DNA of 64,000 bases from Diplonema japonicum (GCA_964019335.1 OZ025721.1:418528-482527), one strand, 5' to 3'; shown: positions 53,056-64,000, counted from the first letter of the stretch. Translations and numbers: made by a program. The notes: generated by a model not told the origin, from the letters alone.

Positions 53056-54903
53056 ATGGTGTCCCGATGTCCTGTATTCCCGAAACCACGCTGTCCTGTT
53101 GACGGGGAGTGCCCCGCGCTCAATGACACACGGCATCAGGCGTTTTATCGCCATATGTGCACGTTCAAGCCGTGCCCTTATGTACACACATTTCCGTCGC
53201 ATGCACTAGCCTTCATCCATGAAGAGCTCGAAGGCCCCCAGGAGCCTCATAGGACTGCGCCAAGAACACCTCTGCACCCGATGCCTGTGAATGACCGTGA
53301 TGCAGCAGTTTTCGAAGATCAGCTTCAAGGTAGTTATGAAAGTATTGCACCACAAGTGCGCTCGGAGTCCAGGCAAAAACCCGTGAGCAAAAAAAAACTA
53401 AGTACAACGAAGGATTCTTATGCGATGCTTCCAAAGGCGGTGAAGCTAAGAGAAGAACGAGATCGGAATACCTTAGCTGAGACAAAAAAAGTGAAGGTAG
53501 GGAACAGGACCGCAGCGTGGGAAGCTGTGGGAGATGTACCTGATGGGCAGCCACTGTTCGCAGACCCGCAACATGAAATTGTCCGGCACAAAACGGAGTT
53601 GCGCGTTGTTGAGCAGCAGCTAGCCGTTCCTGCGACTGGATCGGGTTTGCAGAAACAGGAAGAGACACAAGACCATAGTGCATTATTCGATGAACTGCAA
53701 CACAACAGACCTACCCTCCGCCATGTCTCACCTCCGCAGGCGAAGCTGCCCGATACGTACAAAGCCGACTCTTCACCAGCATCACCTCCAGTTGTACTCA
53801 AAACGTACACGCAGTCCCTCCAGACATCCTACGAGTCTGACAAGCAAAAGGATACCATGATCGAACAGCAGCAGAATAGTCTCGATGAGCAAAAGAGGTT
53901 GCTGGAGGACCAGACACGCCGTCAGCAAGATCTCGAGGAACAACAAGAGCATCTCAAGCGGCAGTTGCTGGAAATGCAGGAAAAACAGAATGAAGCAAAA
54001 GAAGAAGCATATTACCAACGCAGTGAAGATTCCGTACGCTCATCACGAAGACCTACCACGGCCACCATGAGTGTCACAGAAGCAGCAAGCCCAGCGAGCT
54101 ACACTATTGCAACCAACCCGCATTCACCAGCTCCTATCTCAGTCATGTCGCGTGACAGCCAGGTGGTGCTCATCGACTACCCTGATGATGACTCTCCTCA
54201 ATCAGCCAATGTGGTGTACATCCCAACAGATGACCCGTCGCCTCCAAGAAGTGCGCCTCTTGCCTTGGCCCCCCACCGTCCTGTCATCACTCCCTCGGTA
54301 TTGCCGCTGCCACAGATGACACCTTCGTTCGCACGAGAAACCGAACCCCAAGATGCCCTCGATGAAATACGGAAAGAAAGAGAACAAGTGTTGAAAACAC
54401 TGCAGAGAAGGGAGATCAAAGAGTCTGAAAACAAGGTGGTCAAGATGTCCAAGAACCTTCCCCATCACCATCCGGTTTCTATCAAAGCAAAAAAGAGTGT
54501 ACCCACAGGTGGAAGTCCTACGAGAGTGAACAGTTGCGTGCACTGCAGAGGTGCTGTACCTATCAACGCGTCATTCTGTATCCATTGTGGGAAGGGCCTT
54601 ACTGTAGCACTGTCCAGCAGCACGTGTAGGGGTTGCAACACCCATCTCAGCGCCAACGCAATGTTTTGCACTAAGTGTGGCACACCCACTGATTTTTCAC
54701 TCCCCAGAACACCATCCAGCACCTTGCCACATAGTACTTTGCTCCATAATACCTTGCCCCACAGCACGCAGCGTGTCCACAATGCTTCAAGCAGCATCTC
54801 TGAAATGGTGTGGTGCCCCTCATGCCCCCACCTTGTTCGCCCTGACAACACGGGACGGTGCTCCGAGTGCGGCACTACCCTCAATGTACGAGCCACTAGA
54901 TAG
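53056..54903 (+). CDS. Protein with tandem PBZ-like C2H2 fingers, WH2-like motif, coiled coil and C-terminal zinc ribbons
   Basis: CPVDGEC-x7-H-x5-H and CTFKPC-x8-H-x5-H; SALFDELQHNRPTLRHV; CxxC-x10-CxxCG twice plus a terminal ribbon. Confidence 0.75.
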   Translation: MVSRCPVFPKPRCPVDGECPALNDTRHQAFYRHMCTFKPCPYVHTFPSHALAFIHEELEGPQEPHRTAPRTPLHPMPVNDRDAAVFEDQLQGSYESIAPQVRSESRQKPVSKKKLSTTKDSYAMLPKAVKLREERDRNTLAETKKVKVGNRTAAWEAVGDVPDGQPLFADPQHEIVRHKTELRVVEQQLAVPATGSGLQKQEETQDHSALFDELQHNRPTLRHVSPPQAKLPDTYKADSSPASPPVVLKTYTQSLQTSYESDKQKDTMIEQQQNSLDEQKRLLEDQTRRQQDLEEQQEHLKRQLLEMQEKQNEAKEEAYYQRSEDSVRSSRRPTTATMSVTEAASPASYTIATNPHSPAPISVMSRDSQVVLIDYPDDDSPQSANVVYIPTDDPSPPRSAPLALAPHRPVITPSVLPLPQMTPSFARETEPQDALDEIRKEREQVLKTLQRREIKESENKVVKMSKNLPHHHPVSIKAKKSVPTGGSPTRVNSCVHCRGAVPINASFCIHCGKGLTVALSSSTCRGCNTHLSANAMFCTKCGTPTDFSLPRTPSSTLPHSTLLHNTLPHSTQRVHNASSSISEMVWCPSCPHLVRPDNTGRCSECGTTLNVRATR

Positions 54904-55040
54904 ATCCCAATATTTCAATGTTTAATGTGTTAAGAAAGAGAATAGAGTTCTTGTATTAAGTGATAACCCCCTCTTTTTTGTTGAATTACCAATAACAATT
55001 CATAGGCGTGGATGGGAAGGGGACACAGAAGGACCTGAAA

Positions 55041-57973
55041 ATGAGGCGCAGTGACTCAAGGGGGAGAACTGCCGGGGTGGCGAGAGCTAGGTCTCCCTCA
55101 GCTACAAGAGGGAGAGATGCAAGGGGGAGGTCTGTCAGCCAGGGTCGGAACACGCGGCCTTCACCGTCCCCGATGGGGAGAACCAGGGCGTCAGCATCTC
55201 CGATGCCCCAAACTGCCGCTGCTCAACGGAAGTCGTCGCCACACCCTGTGTCATCTTCACCGAGGCCGAAGTCCCGCAAGTGGTCCAGTGCCGATCCTGT
55301 TTCAAAGAGGGTGCTCGAGGCGTCAGTTCCCCGACGTCACGTTTCAAACACAGTTGCTAGGGCATCCCAAGGCCTGTATGACGCGAAGCAGTTTTCACGT
55401 TCTAAGACCCAGCAGCAGCCCACGACACCGAGGAGTAGAACAGGGCTGGGCGTATCCACGCGGTACGCTATGGAGCCCCTGCCGAAGTCCCTGACCAAGC
55501 AGCACGATGCCACACTCCATAAACCCATCTCAACAGCACCCGTGTCACACTCCATGCTGTCGAGAGGGCCGGGGCGCGACTACAAAAGCACCAACGAAGA
55601 GGCCATTAAAGTCATGAAACGTGTGAAGCGGCTTATGTCAGTCCTCGGAGACCAGGAAGAGGAAGAAGACGACATACTAGAGCCGCCGTCTCTTCAGCAA
55701 CAGTTGGAAGCACAAGAGATGCGCAGATATTCAAGGCCACAACAACACCACATATCGCCCCCAAAACTTCAAGGTGCAGGGCACCATGTTGGGCACAGCA
55801 CACAACCGGTGTCTACCTTTGCAACACCTTCAGTCAACAAGCCTGTTTATGGGGCGCCATCTACACGGCCCTCGACAGTGTCAAATGATTCCTACAACCG
55901 TTTCAACAGCGAAGGGTTTGTGAGGAGTAAGTATGCGGACCCTGCTTTTGTATCGCCCGTTACGACTATCACGTCCCCAACTCTGCTGAGGACAAGCACT
56001 GGGATGAGACAGCAGTACATGACTGACTCCATAGGTGCTGGGAGTAGGTTTGAGAGCCGCGTTGGGGGGCCTGGAGGGAGGGCGGCCTACCAAAGCTACC
56101 ATTCGACGTTGCAGCAAGCTCTTTTGCATCAAAAGTTAGAGAAGGAGAAGGAGCGTGAAGCGAGGAAGCTAGACTACTCATCGGACAATATCACGTCTTC
56201 TGATGTAAACGTCACGTCCTCGCTTAACATGTCCTCAGAGCTAGACCTTAGCGCCGCCTCGCGCATGGAGGAGAAGATGGAAGAGGAAAAAACGAAGGAG
56301 GAGCTGAGCGAGAGAATAAGGACAAAGGAAACGCTGTTGCATGGCTTCAAGAGCCATGTCGCAACGTCCCCACAACCAGCGTCGCCAAAGCCGCTACCTG
56401 ACAGGAGCATCCTGAACGCCAACAGAGCAAAAAGCGAAGAACTGTTGATACTGCTGAGCAAGTCATCGCCTTCGAAGTATTCCAATCCTCGCTCTAGCAA
56501 GAGCACATCCCCGAACGACGCATCTCCCCCTCCAAGACAGCCGCTATCTTCTCACCCTCCTCCCACTTTAGATACAGACATCCCACCACCGCCCCCTTCC
56601 GAGCCCGAACCTAGATTAGATGCCTTCTCAACGGTATAATGCAGCGGTAATAATTTTAACAACACAGACTTCCAAGCCATCCCCTTCAAGGGTCAGCTGG
56701 CCTGTAGAGCCAAGTCCCATGCGGACAGACATGGTGCTGCCTTCCCTCCCCCTTCCTTCTGCGTCGCCACCTGAGATGCACACGTCGCCTGCAAGGTATG
56801 GTATTGCGATCTGCACCATATTATCGTAGATCGCAAAAGGATCTGCAAGTGCCCGCTGTATCTCCAACAGTTGCAACGGAAAGGTCTATCTCTCCGCATC
56901 CTGTCGTGGTGCAGAGCAGGTATCGTAATTATTTAAGCTGCTTATGAACAAACTAAACAGTACACGTTCTCCTCAACAACTGACTGTGATAACGCCGCCC
57001 GTGTCTCCTCACAGCAGCGGGCTGTCGCCTTCGCAACACAGCCTCCCCCCACCCCCTCCTACAACCCCCCCCAAATCACCGTCTTTGGGCAGATCAAATG
57101 GTCTGCGCACGGGGAACGAAGAAGCGAATATTATCCGTGATTTGGCGAACAACTTGCCAGGATCCCCACCGCCTACCAGCCCTCTAAGAACTTCACCTAG
57201 CAAGTATGGCCCACGATTATCTTTTATCCCAGCAGGCATCCTGAACGTGTGTTTTCCCCGCCACCACAGCCGCCGCAACGATCTGTTTCTGTTGAGGTGT
57301 GATTAGAACTAATCTAGACATCTTATTCTTTTACACTTAGGTTTTGTTGCAGTCGCTTAAGCCGAAAGAAGAACCCGCGCTTGAAGGGGCGTCGAAGAGG
57401 CCAGATGCACCGAAGGAAACCAAGGAAGAGGAGATGGACAGGTGCGAGCAAGAGGCAGAGTGGTTGCGAAAGGCTGGGAAGCTATACTCCAGCACGGGGT
57501 TGACGGGGACGCCAGATCTAGGGTTGCTGTCCATGGTCATCACGAGTAAAATTGTTGAACCGAAGAATAGCGAGATGAGACAGCTTCTGGGAGACACGGT
57601 GGCACAAGCGGTGGGTATTGCAAGGGACAAGGCAGTGCAGGACACGATGCTTGGTGTGACATTTGGCAGGATGAGGGTGAAGTCCCTTGCTGCGCAGATG
57701 AAGGGACATGTTGGAGCGCCGAAACACGACGACAAGAAGATTGCAGAAGAGGTGTCCAAGATATGCGAGCACTGGGCGGATTTGAAGGAAGCTGACGGTC
57801 TTGCCACGGACGGCCTGGCGCTGACCGAAACACTGCACGCTACCGACGGCTGGAAGCTCTCCACAAAAGAGTCCCGTGACCACGTCCTCAACCGCTGGAC
57901 GGAGGAAGTTCTTGACGACCTTCTGAAAGACACTGTACAATACTTCAATGATGCCGAGGCCCGTAGTTTGTAG
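55041..57973 (+). CDS. Large low-complexity Ser/Pro/Arg-rich hypothetical protein, multi-exon (exon structure partly ambiguous)
   Basis: ORF pieces 55008, 56620, 56944 and 57344 can be joined by GT-AG introns (56634-56667, ~56796-56829, 56920-56960, 57247-57340 region). Confidence 0.6.
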
Positions 57974-58110
57974 TCGGCCATAGACATAGCATCACGGCAC
58001 TCCTGGTTAGATCTAGATCCCAGTGTGTATTTAACCCAAAGCCCCTCCCCCGTTGTGTAACCTTTATTTCACACCATTTCCGCTCTAACAAGTCGCCACA
58101 GGATGCGGTA

Positions 58111-59394
58111 ATGTCTGAGGTCAGACGACCAATATGTGAGCTGGTCCCTCTGAAGGGCAGCGAGGGTTGTGTTACGTACGAAGAGGACAAGTGCTTCACA
58201 ATAGAGAAGATCATTGTCGACAGGAGTCCTTTTAAGATAGGCAGAGACTTCAGCGGGAACTATAAGAGCAACAACCCGGCGATAAGCAGCTTGCACTGTT
58301 TGATAGAAGAGAGGGGGAACAAGATGGTGCTGAAGGACAACAGCAGCAACGGGGTTTATGTAAAGGGGAAAAGGCTCGGGAAGGGCGAGGAAGCAGAGCT
58401 GTGCCACGGGGACGAGGTGTTGCTGGTGAAGTCGAAAAAAGAAAATCTGCAACAGTTCGACATGGGGTTCGTGGTGAACGATCTACAAAAAGCAGACGAA
58501 GCACAGCTGAAGAGAGATGTCGCAGCGTATTACTTTCTTGATGACATCATCGGGAAAGGCGCATATGCGGAGGTAAGGCGTGCAACCAACAGGGCAACAG
58601 GGACACAGGTTGCAGTGAAGGTGATTAACAGGAAGAAGATCGAGTTATTGTCGAATGACGTCACTCTGGAGAAGCAATGGAGGGAGGTGGCGATTCTCCG
58701 AAAAATCAACCACCCCAACACGGTCAAGGTGCTTGATGTATTCGTCTCTTCAGAGGCGATCCAACTTGTCATGGAACTGGCAACGGGAGGCGACCTCTTC
58801 GATCTCATCAGAAAGCGCGGGACGATAAGCGAACCCGACGCGAAGACCATCTTCAAGCAGCTCACCAGTGCCGTCTCGTACCTCCACAACATGGGTGTCG
58901 CACACCGTGATATTAAACCAGAGAACATCCTCCTCGCAGAGCAGGACAACGTGCGCACTATTAAACTCACTGACTTCGGCCTCGCCAAGGTCTTTGGTGA
59001 AGGTGTTGAGGACTCCCTCAAAACAACATGCGGCACGCCTATGTACGTGGCACCCGAAGTGCTCAGAAGAGGGCCCATCTCATACACCGAATCTGTCGAT
59101 GTGTGGTCTTTGGGCATAGTCCTGTGGGTCATGGTCACCGCCAAGCCGCCCTTTCCTCGGAAAAGGCTTCCCAACGGTGGGATCTCGAAAAACCTCGACT
59201 TCGAACGGGCGTTAGATTTCAACACCCCACCCCTCCCACGTCTCTCCCAGCATCTCAAATCCCTCATCAAAGGCATCGTTATGGTGGATGCTGCAAAGAG
59301 GCTCACCCTCCCAGGCATAAACGTGCACCCCTGGCTCGAAGAGGAAGATGCCAGCACTGAAATGAACCCTCCCAAGAAACATCGAACTTCGTAG
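58111..59394 (+). CDS. FHA-domain Ser/Thr kinase (Chk2/Rad53/Dun1-like)
   Basis: FHA motifs IGR, ISSLHC, DNSSNGVYV; kinase motifs GKGAYAEV, HRDIKPEN, DFG, CGTPMYVAPE; C-terminal PPKKHR NLS-like. Confidence 0.9.
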   Translation: MSEVRRPICELVPLKGSEGCVTYEEDKCFTIEKIIVDRSPFKIGRDFSGNYKSNNPAISSLHCLIEERGNKMVLKDNSSNGVYVKGKRLGKGEEAELCHGDEVLLVKSKKENLQQFDMGFVVNDLQKADEAQLKRDVAAYYFLDDIIGKGAYAEVRRATNRATGTQVAVKVINRKKIELLSNDVTLEKQWREVAILRKINHPNTVKVLDVFVSSEAIQLVMELATGGDLFDLIRKRGTISEPDAKTIFKQLTSAVSYLHNMGVAHRDIKPENILLAEQDNVRTIKLTDFGLAKVFGEGVEDSLKTTCGTPMYVAPEVLRRGPISYTESVDVWSLGIVLWVMVTAKPPFPRKRLPNGGISKNLDFERALDFNTPPLPRLSQHLKSLIKGIVMVDAAKRLTLPGINVHPWLEEEDASTEMNPPKKHRTS

Positions 59395-60067
59395 TAGAAA
59401 ATGACCCCCCCCCCCCCCCCCCCTCTAGTACCGTTTCTTTGTATTTGCTGGAGTGTCAACCTTCTTTCCCCCCTTTATTTTTATTTAATTTTTTCTTTCC
59501 TGTATTACAAGGGGTGGGCACCGGGCTATTATGGACGTTTTGTGTGTCCAGCCCCTTTCGGGTGAAAGAGTAATTGTTTATGCCTTTCTCCCTCTCCGGT
59601 TTTTTTTTTTCTTCATCCCCCCCCCCTTTTTTTTATTAGAAGTGTTCTTATTTTTTTTTTTTTAGAAAAGGAATGTCGAAATAGGGGGCACAGAAATTAG
59701 CCCTGGGTTGAGCTTGGCCAAAAAAAAAGACCTGAGGCGAGGGGTAATATTTTACGGTAGTCGCCAAGACCATCCTGTGGCATCGTGGTGATACGGCTAC
59801 GAAGAACCCCCAAGAAGGAGTTTAATATCAGAACTTGCTTTGCAGGCTGGACCCGAAGGTCTGCGGAAATCCAGTCCAAAAGAGAATGTCCTGGGGGGGG
59901 GGGGGGGGGGGGCGAAAACCACTCAGGGAGCAAAATTCTGTACCCTATTTTGAAGTTTCTCCATAGATATTTTACCCCCCCCCCTTTTTTTTGGCTTTAC
60001 AAGGAAAAATAAAATTTAAAAAAGAAGGGAGGAAAAAAAAAAAAAAAAAAAAAAGAAAAAGTAAAAA

Positions 60068-60816
60068 ATGGGTTGCGGGGGCTCTTCACAGGCACAGCCG
60101 GAGACCATTGTAGTGGAGCTGAGCGAAGCTGACAGGAACGCGATCGCGGTGCAGGGGTTGAAGGATGCGTTGAAGTGGGCACTTGAGGAGTCGGTGAAGC
60201 TGGCGAAGGTGATGGACACCTGGAAGGAGGACGGGATCAAGATACAGATGCCGTGCATGGATAAGGTAAACGCCTTGAAGGAGAAGGTGGGGGGCATCCC
60301 GGTGGTGGGCGGTGGGGCGCAGAAAGCTATCGACGAAGCCTTGTCGCCGTTTGAGAACCTCTTCGCAGAGGCAGGGGTGGCCGTGTGCGGTGACGCACGC
60401 ACCACCTCAGCCATTGCAGGCATCGTCAACAACCTTTCTGTAGACAATGCCGTCTACCTGTGCAGGGAGGGCGGTGTTACTGCGTGTGTGGACTACCTCC
60501 GCGACTTCGCAAAAGCACTGCTCAAAGAGGCCCTCACCCCCATCGTCAAGGACATCATGAATGGCCACGCCCTCACCAAGGCATGGAAGACTCTTGTGGA
60601 CGCTATCAACAAGGCTGCGTCTTTGGTGTGTATTTTTTTTTTTTTCAAAAAAAGAAATCTCCCCAGACCAAAATGGACCAACTTGACTTCGACCTTGATG
60701 AGTATGTTTACGAGCAGGCGATGAACTCTCTTATGGTTCTCATGATGAAGAAGGAGAAGGAGATCAGAGACGCACCCGCTCAGGTCTGCATGGGAAAGAG
60801 GAAAAAAAAAAAAAAG

Positions 60817-60847
<31 letters not shown>

Positions 60848-60917
60848 GGTCTCATGGGCGGTTCAGCAGTGCTTCGGTGCCATCGACCCCAAGAAATGGA
60901 AGAAATCCAAGGAATAG
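60068..60917 (+). CDS. DUF4197-like protein with MGCGGS dual-acylation N-terminus; 2 introns
   Basis: GLKDAL..IKIQMP..ACVDYL..LTPIV..TKAW..DLDEYVYEQA..KEKEIRDAP..CFG follows the recalled DUF4197 pattern. Introns 60626-60666 and 60784-60845. Confidence 0.72.
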
Positions 60918-62550
60918 AAGGCAAGGTGGAATTTTTTTTTTTTTGGAAAAAAAAAAAGAAAAAAAGTTAGTAACCCCCCCCCCCCCCCCCAACGATTTTT
61001 TTGTAATCATGGCAACGAAGAAGGGCGGGAAAAAAAAAGAATACACGTTTCTTTTTTTTTTTTTTTTTTTTTTTTTTGAATTGGTGGTCCCTCATGTGTT
61101 TCTTTTCCTTGAGCAGTGAGCACTCCCCATGCATACTGAAACTTTTATCGAATTTCTTTCCTCTCTTTCTTTTCTAAGAAAAAAAAAAATACCCTTTAAT
61201 ACCGCAAGGTTTGCTGCGACAAATTTTGTGATGGGCTCCAAGAGAGAGAATAAGAATATGTTCCCCTCCTCCCGTCCCCCCCCCCCCCCCCCCCCCCCCC
61301 CCACCTGCAAATCGTACAAGTAGCTTAAGGCAAGACTTGATATGCAAAAAAGAAAAAAAAAAAGAAAAAAAAAGGAAGAATGGAACGAAACTACGATTTA
61401 ATTTCTTTTCTCCTCTTTTTTTTTTCTCTAATGCTCCCCTTCCCCCCCCCTTTTTTTTGTGTTTAACAAGTACTGCTCGGTCTGTTCGAGGTAAAGGAGT
61501 AGTGGTAGCATGCAGGTACTCAAGATCTCAGGATGTGTACCGTGTGCATAAATAAAAATACTTGGGTTTTAACTTTTCTTTATGTGTTTCTTCTTTGGTT
61601 CGTGTGTTGTTGGGCCTTTCTACAAAAAGAAAATAATTAAAAAGATTTGTAAGAAGAACATGGCATTTTTTTTTTCTTTTTTTTTTTTCCTCCACCTTCC
61701 TCTTTAGTTGTTGTGATACATGCTTTGGTAAAGGAAAAAGAAAAAAAGAAAAAAAAATGCAATCGCAACCTTTCAAACAGGCGTTGAAAGAAAAAAAAAA
61801 AAAAAAGAAAAAAAAGAGAAAAAAGAGAAAAAAAAAGAAAAACCAACACAACATACGAGAAAGGGTACACAGAGAAAGAAGTTTCACGAGGAGGGAAAAA
61901 AAGAAAAGATCGTCCCCCCCTCCCCTCCCTCCCTCCCGTCCCCTCTTTTTTTTTTCCCCACCTTGCAGAAAGAAGAGAATCCGTATACCTTCTACTCCAC
62001 CTGCTTTGTCTGCAGTTGCACCAAGGTATCACCTTCTAAGAAGACAGTCCCCATTGGGGCGCAAAGATAGTAGATTCTATCCTTCGTGTGCCGCTTGCGG
62101 CTTGAGGCAAGAATCGAGTCCGTGACAAGTAAAAACAAGGCAAAAGAAAAAAAAAAGAAAAAAAAAAAAAGTAAAATATCAGCCTTCCCCAGAATATGGG
62201 TCCAACAAAAAAAAAAAGATTTTTTTTTCTTCCTTTTTTCAAAAGATACACCTCCCCCTGCACTTGTTCTCGCTTCTTTTTTTTTAACCCCCCCACCCCA
62301 CCCCACCCTCCTCCTTTGCTACGGCAAGAAGAAAAGTAAAAAAAAAGAAAAAAAATGAGAAATAACAAAGAAAGAAGAAAGAAGGAGGAAAAAAAAAAAA
62401 AAAAAAAAAAAAAAGACAAATGTTAAAAGACTTCCCAACTAAGTACCCCCTTCCCTTCCAAACCACCCTCTCCCTTCCGTTCCTGTTGCACGTTTCTTCA
62501 CAAATAAAAATTAAATAGGATAAAAATATAAAAGAAAGAAAAAAGAAAAA

Positions 62551-63898
62551 ATGGGCCCGCACCAAAAGGGAGAGTGCCAGTCCACAGCAACGAAGTTCGA
62601 CGACGACAAGGAGGACAAGATCATCCCCTTGACTGAAGATGACATCGCAGTGTTGAAGGTGTACGGCAGTGGCCCCTACGGGGAGGAGATCAAGGCTTTG
62701 GAAGACGCGATCAAGGAGAAGGTGAAGGCCATCAACGAGATCAGCGGGATCAAGGAGCTGGACACCGGGCTGAGCGCACCCCACTACTGGGACCTCGCTG
62801 GCGACAAGCAAGCCCTTGGCGAACAAGCCCTTCAGGTTGCCCGGTGCACCAAGATCATAGGCGCCGCCCCCGAACTCAAATACCTCATCAACATCAGACA
62901 GTACGCCAAGTTCGTAGTAGCACTAAGCGACAAGGTTGCCCCGTCCGACATAGAGGAAGGCATGCGTGTGGGTGTTGACCATCAAAAGTATCAAATCAAC
63001 ATCCCCCTCCCACCGAAGATCGACCCGTCCGTCACCATGATGCAGGTAGAGGACAAGCCGGACATCACCTACGCCGACATCGGCGGTGCAAAGGAGAGTA
63101 TCGAACAGATAAGAGAGGTCACGGAGCTGCCATTAACGCACCCTGAAAGGTTCGAGAAGCTTGGGATCGACCCTCCCAAGGGTGTTCTCTTGTACGGCCC
63201 GCCTGGAACAGGGAAGACACTCTGCGCTAAGGCAGTTGCAAACCGAACAGACGCGTGCTTCATCAGGGTTATCGGGTCGGAACTTGTCCAGAAGTACGTG
63301 GGTGAGGGTGCTAGGATGGTGAGGGAGCTCTTCCAGATGGCAAGGACCAAGAAGGCTGCCATTATCTTCTTCGATGAGGTGGACGCGATAGGCGGAGCAA
63401 GGGGCGACGAGTCGGGACACAGCGACACAGAGGTGCAGCGTACCATGCTTGAGATAGTCAACCAGTTGGACGGCTTCGACGCGAGGGGGAACATCAAGGT
63501 GCTCATGGCGACTAACAGGCCCGACACCTTGGACCCCGCCCTCACAAGGCCCGGTAGGATGGACAGGAAGATTGAGTTCGGGCTCCCCGACCTGGAGGGG
63601 CGTACCAACATCCTCAGGATCCACTGCCGTGCCCTCTCCTGCGACAAGGATATCAGGTACGAGCTTCTTGCCAGGCTTTGCCCCAATGCCACCGGGGCGG
63701 ATCTGCGCTCTGTGTGCACCGAGGCTGGGATGTACGCTATTCGGGCAAGGAGGCAGGCTATAAATGAGAAGGTGTGGGGAAGAAAAAAAAAAAAAGAAAA
63801 AAAAAAACCTAATCCAGGACATGCTTGAAGCCGTTAACAAAGTCATCAAGGGGCACAGCAGATTTTCCGCCACAGCAAAATACATGGTTTACAACTAG
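62551..63898 (+). CDS. RPT1: 26S proteasome AAA-ATPase subunit Rpt1 (PSMC2); intron 63772-63817
   Basis: [35 protein letters not shown], last exon [11 protein letters not shown]. Confidence 0.96.
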
Positions 63899-64000
63899 AG
63901 AGGGAAAGGAAGGGGGGGGGGGGGGGGGGGTAATAAGGGGGTAAAGGGGGTGGGTGGGGTATATTTGTTTTTTTTTTTTAAAAAGCAGTGTTTTTTCTTC

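Noticed and set aside
3622-62550. Numerous poly-Lys/poly-Phe ORFs in spacers, and F/K-rich N-terminal extensions of real genes
   Set aside because: These are translations of A/T homopolymer tracts, which lack stops by composition; real starts are the ATGs after the A-tracts.
1-64000. Spliced-leader RNA gene or alternative genetic code
   Set aside because: No SL exon sequence found; conserved genes end at TAA, TAG or TGA, and apparent internal stops are explained by introns.

Overview
Eukaryotic protist genomic DNA. About 30 ordinary genes plus 8 microprotein genes all lie on the + strand, separated by A/T/G/C homopolymer-rich spacers, with about 30 short GT-AG introns. The unidirectional array, kinetoplastid-like tRNA and rRNA sequences and frequent cis-introns suggest a euglenozoan, probably a diplonemid (inference). 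Recognisable genes: amino-acid permease, CFAP57, PH-AGC kinase, MGRN1/LOG2-type RING ligase, DoxX-like protein, NEK, vasohibin, Sec3, PTS1-bearing acyl-CoA dehydrogenase, cold-shock protein, LRR/EF-hand protein, two SDRs, FAD oxidoreductase, FHA (Chk2-like) kinase, acylated DUF4197-like protein and Rpt1. There are 4 tRNA genes. Mobile DNA comprises an internally deleted hAT (8-bp TSD), a decayed tyrosine-recombinase (Crypton-like) element interrupted by a 28S rRNA fragment, and a non-autonomous relative with the same asymmetric-IR plus terminal-hairpin architecture. The best candidate for an undescribed system is a cluster at 43.0-51.2 kb of eight spliced, mostly multicopy microprotein genes (63-88 aa, four related types sharing a P-x(2-3)-TL[HK][QA] motif) that the ORF track does not resolve. 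Also notable: introns with poly(A) rather than polypyrimidine tracts, synonymous-skew inversion within genes, and a 7-kb homopolymer-free domain. All homology calls are by eye, without database searches.
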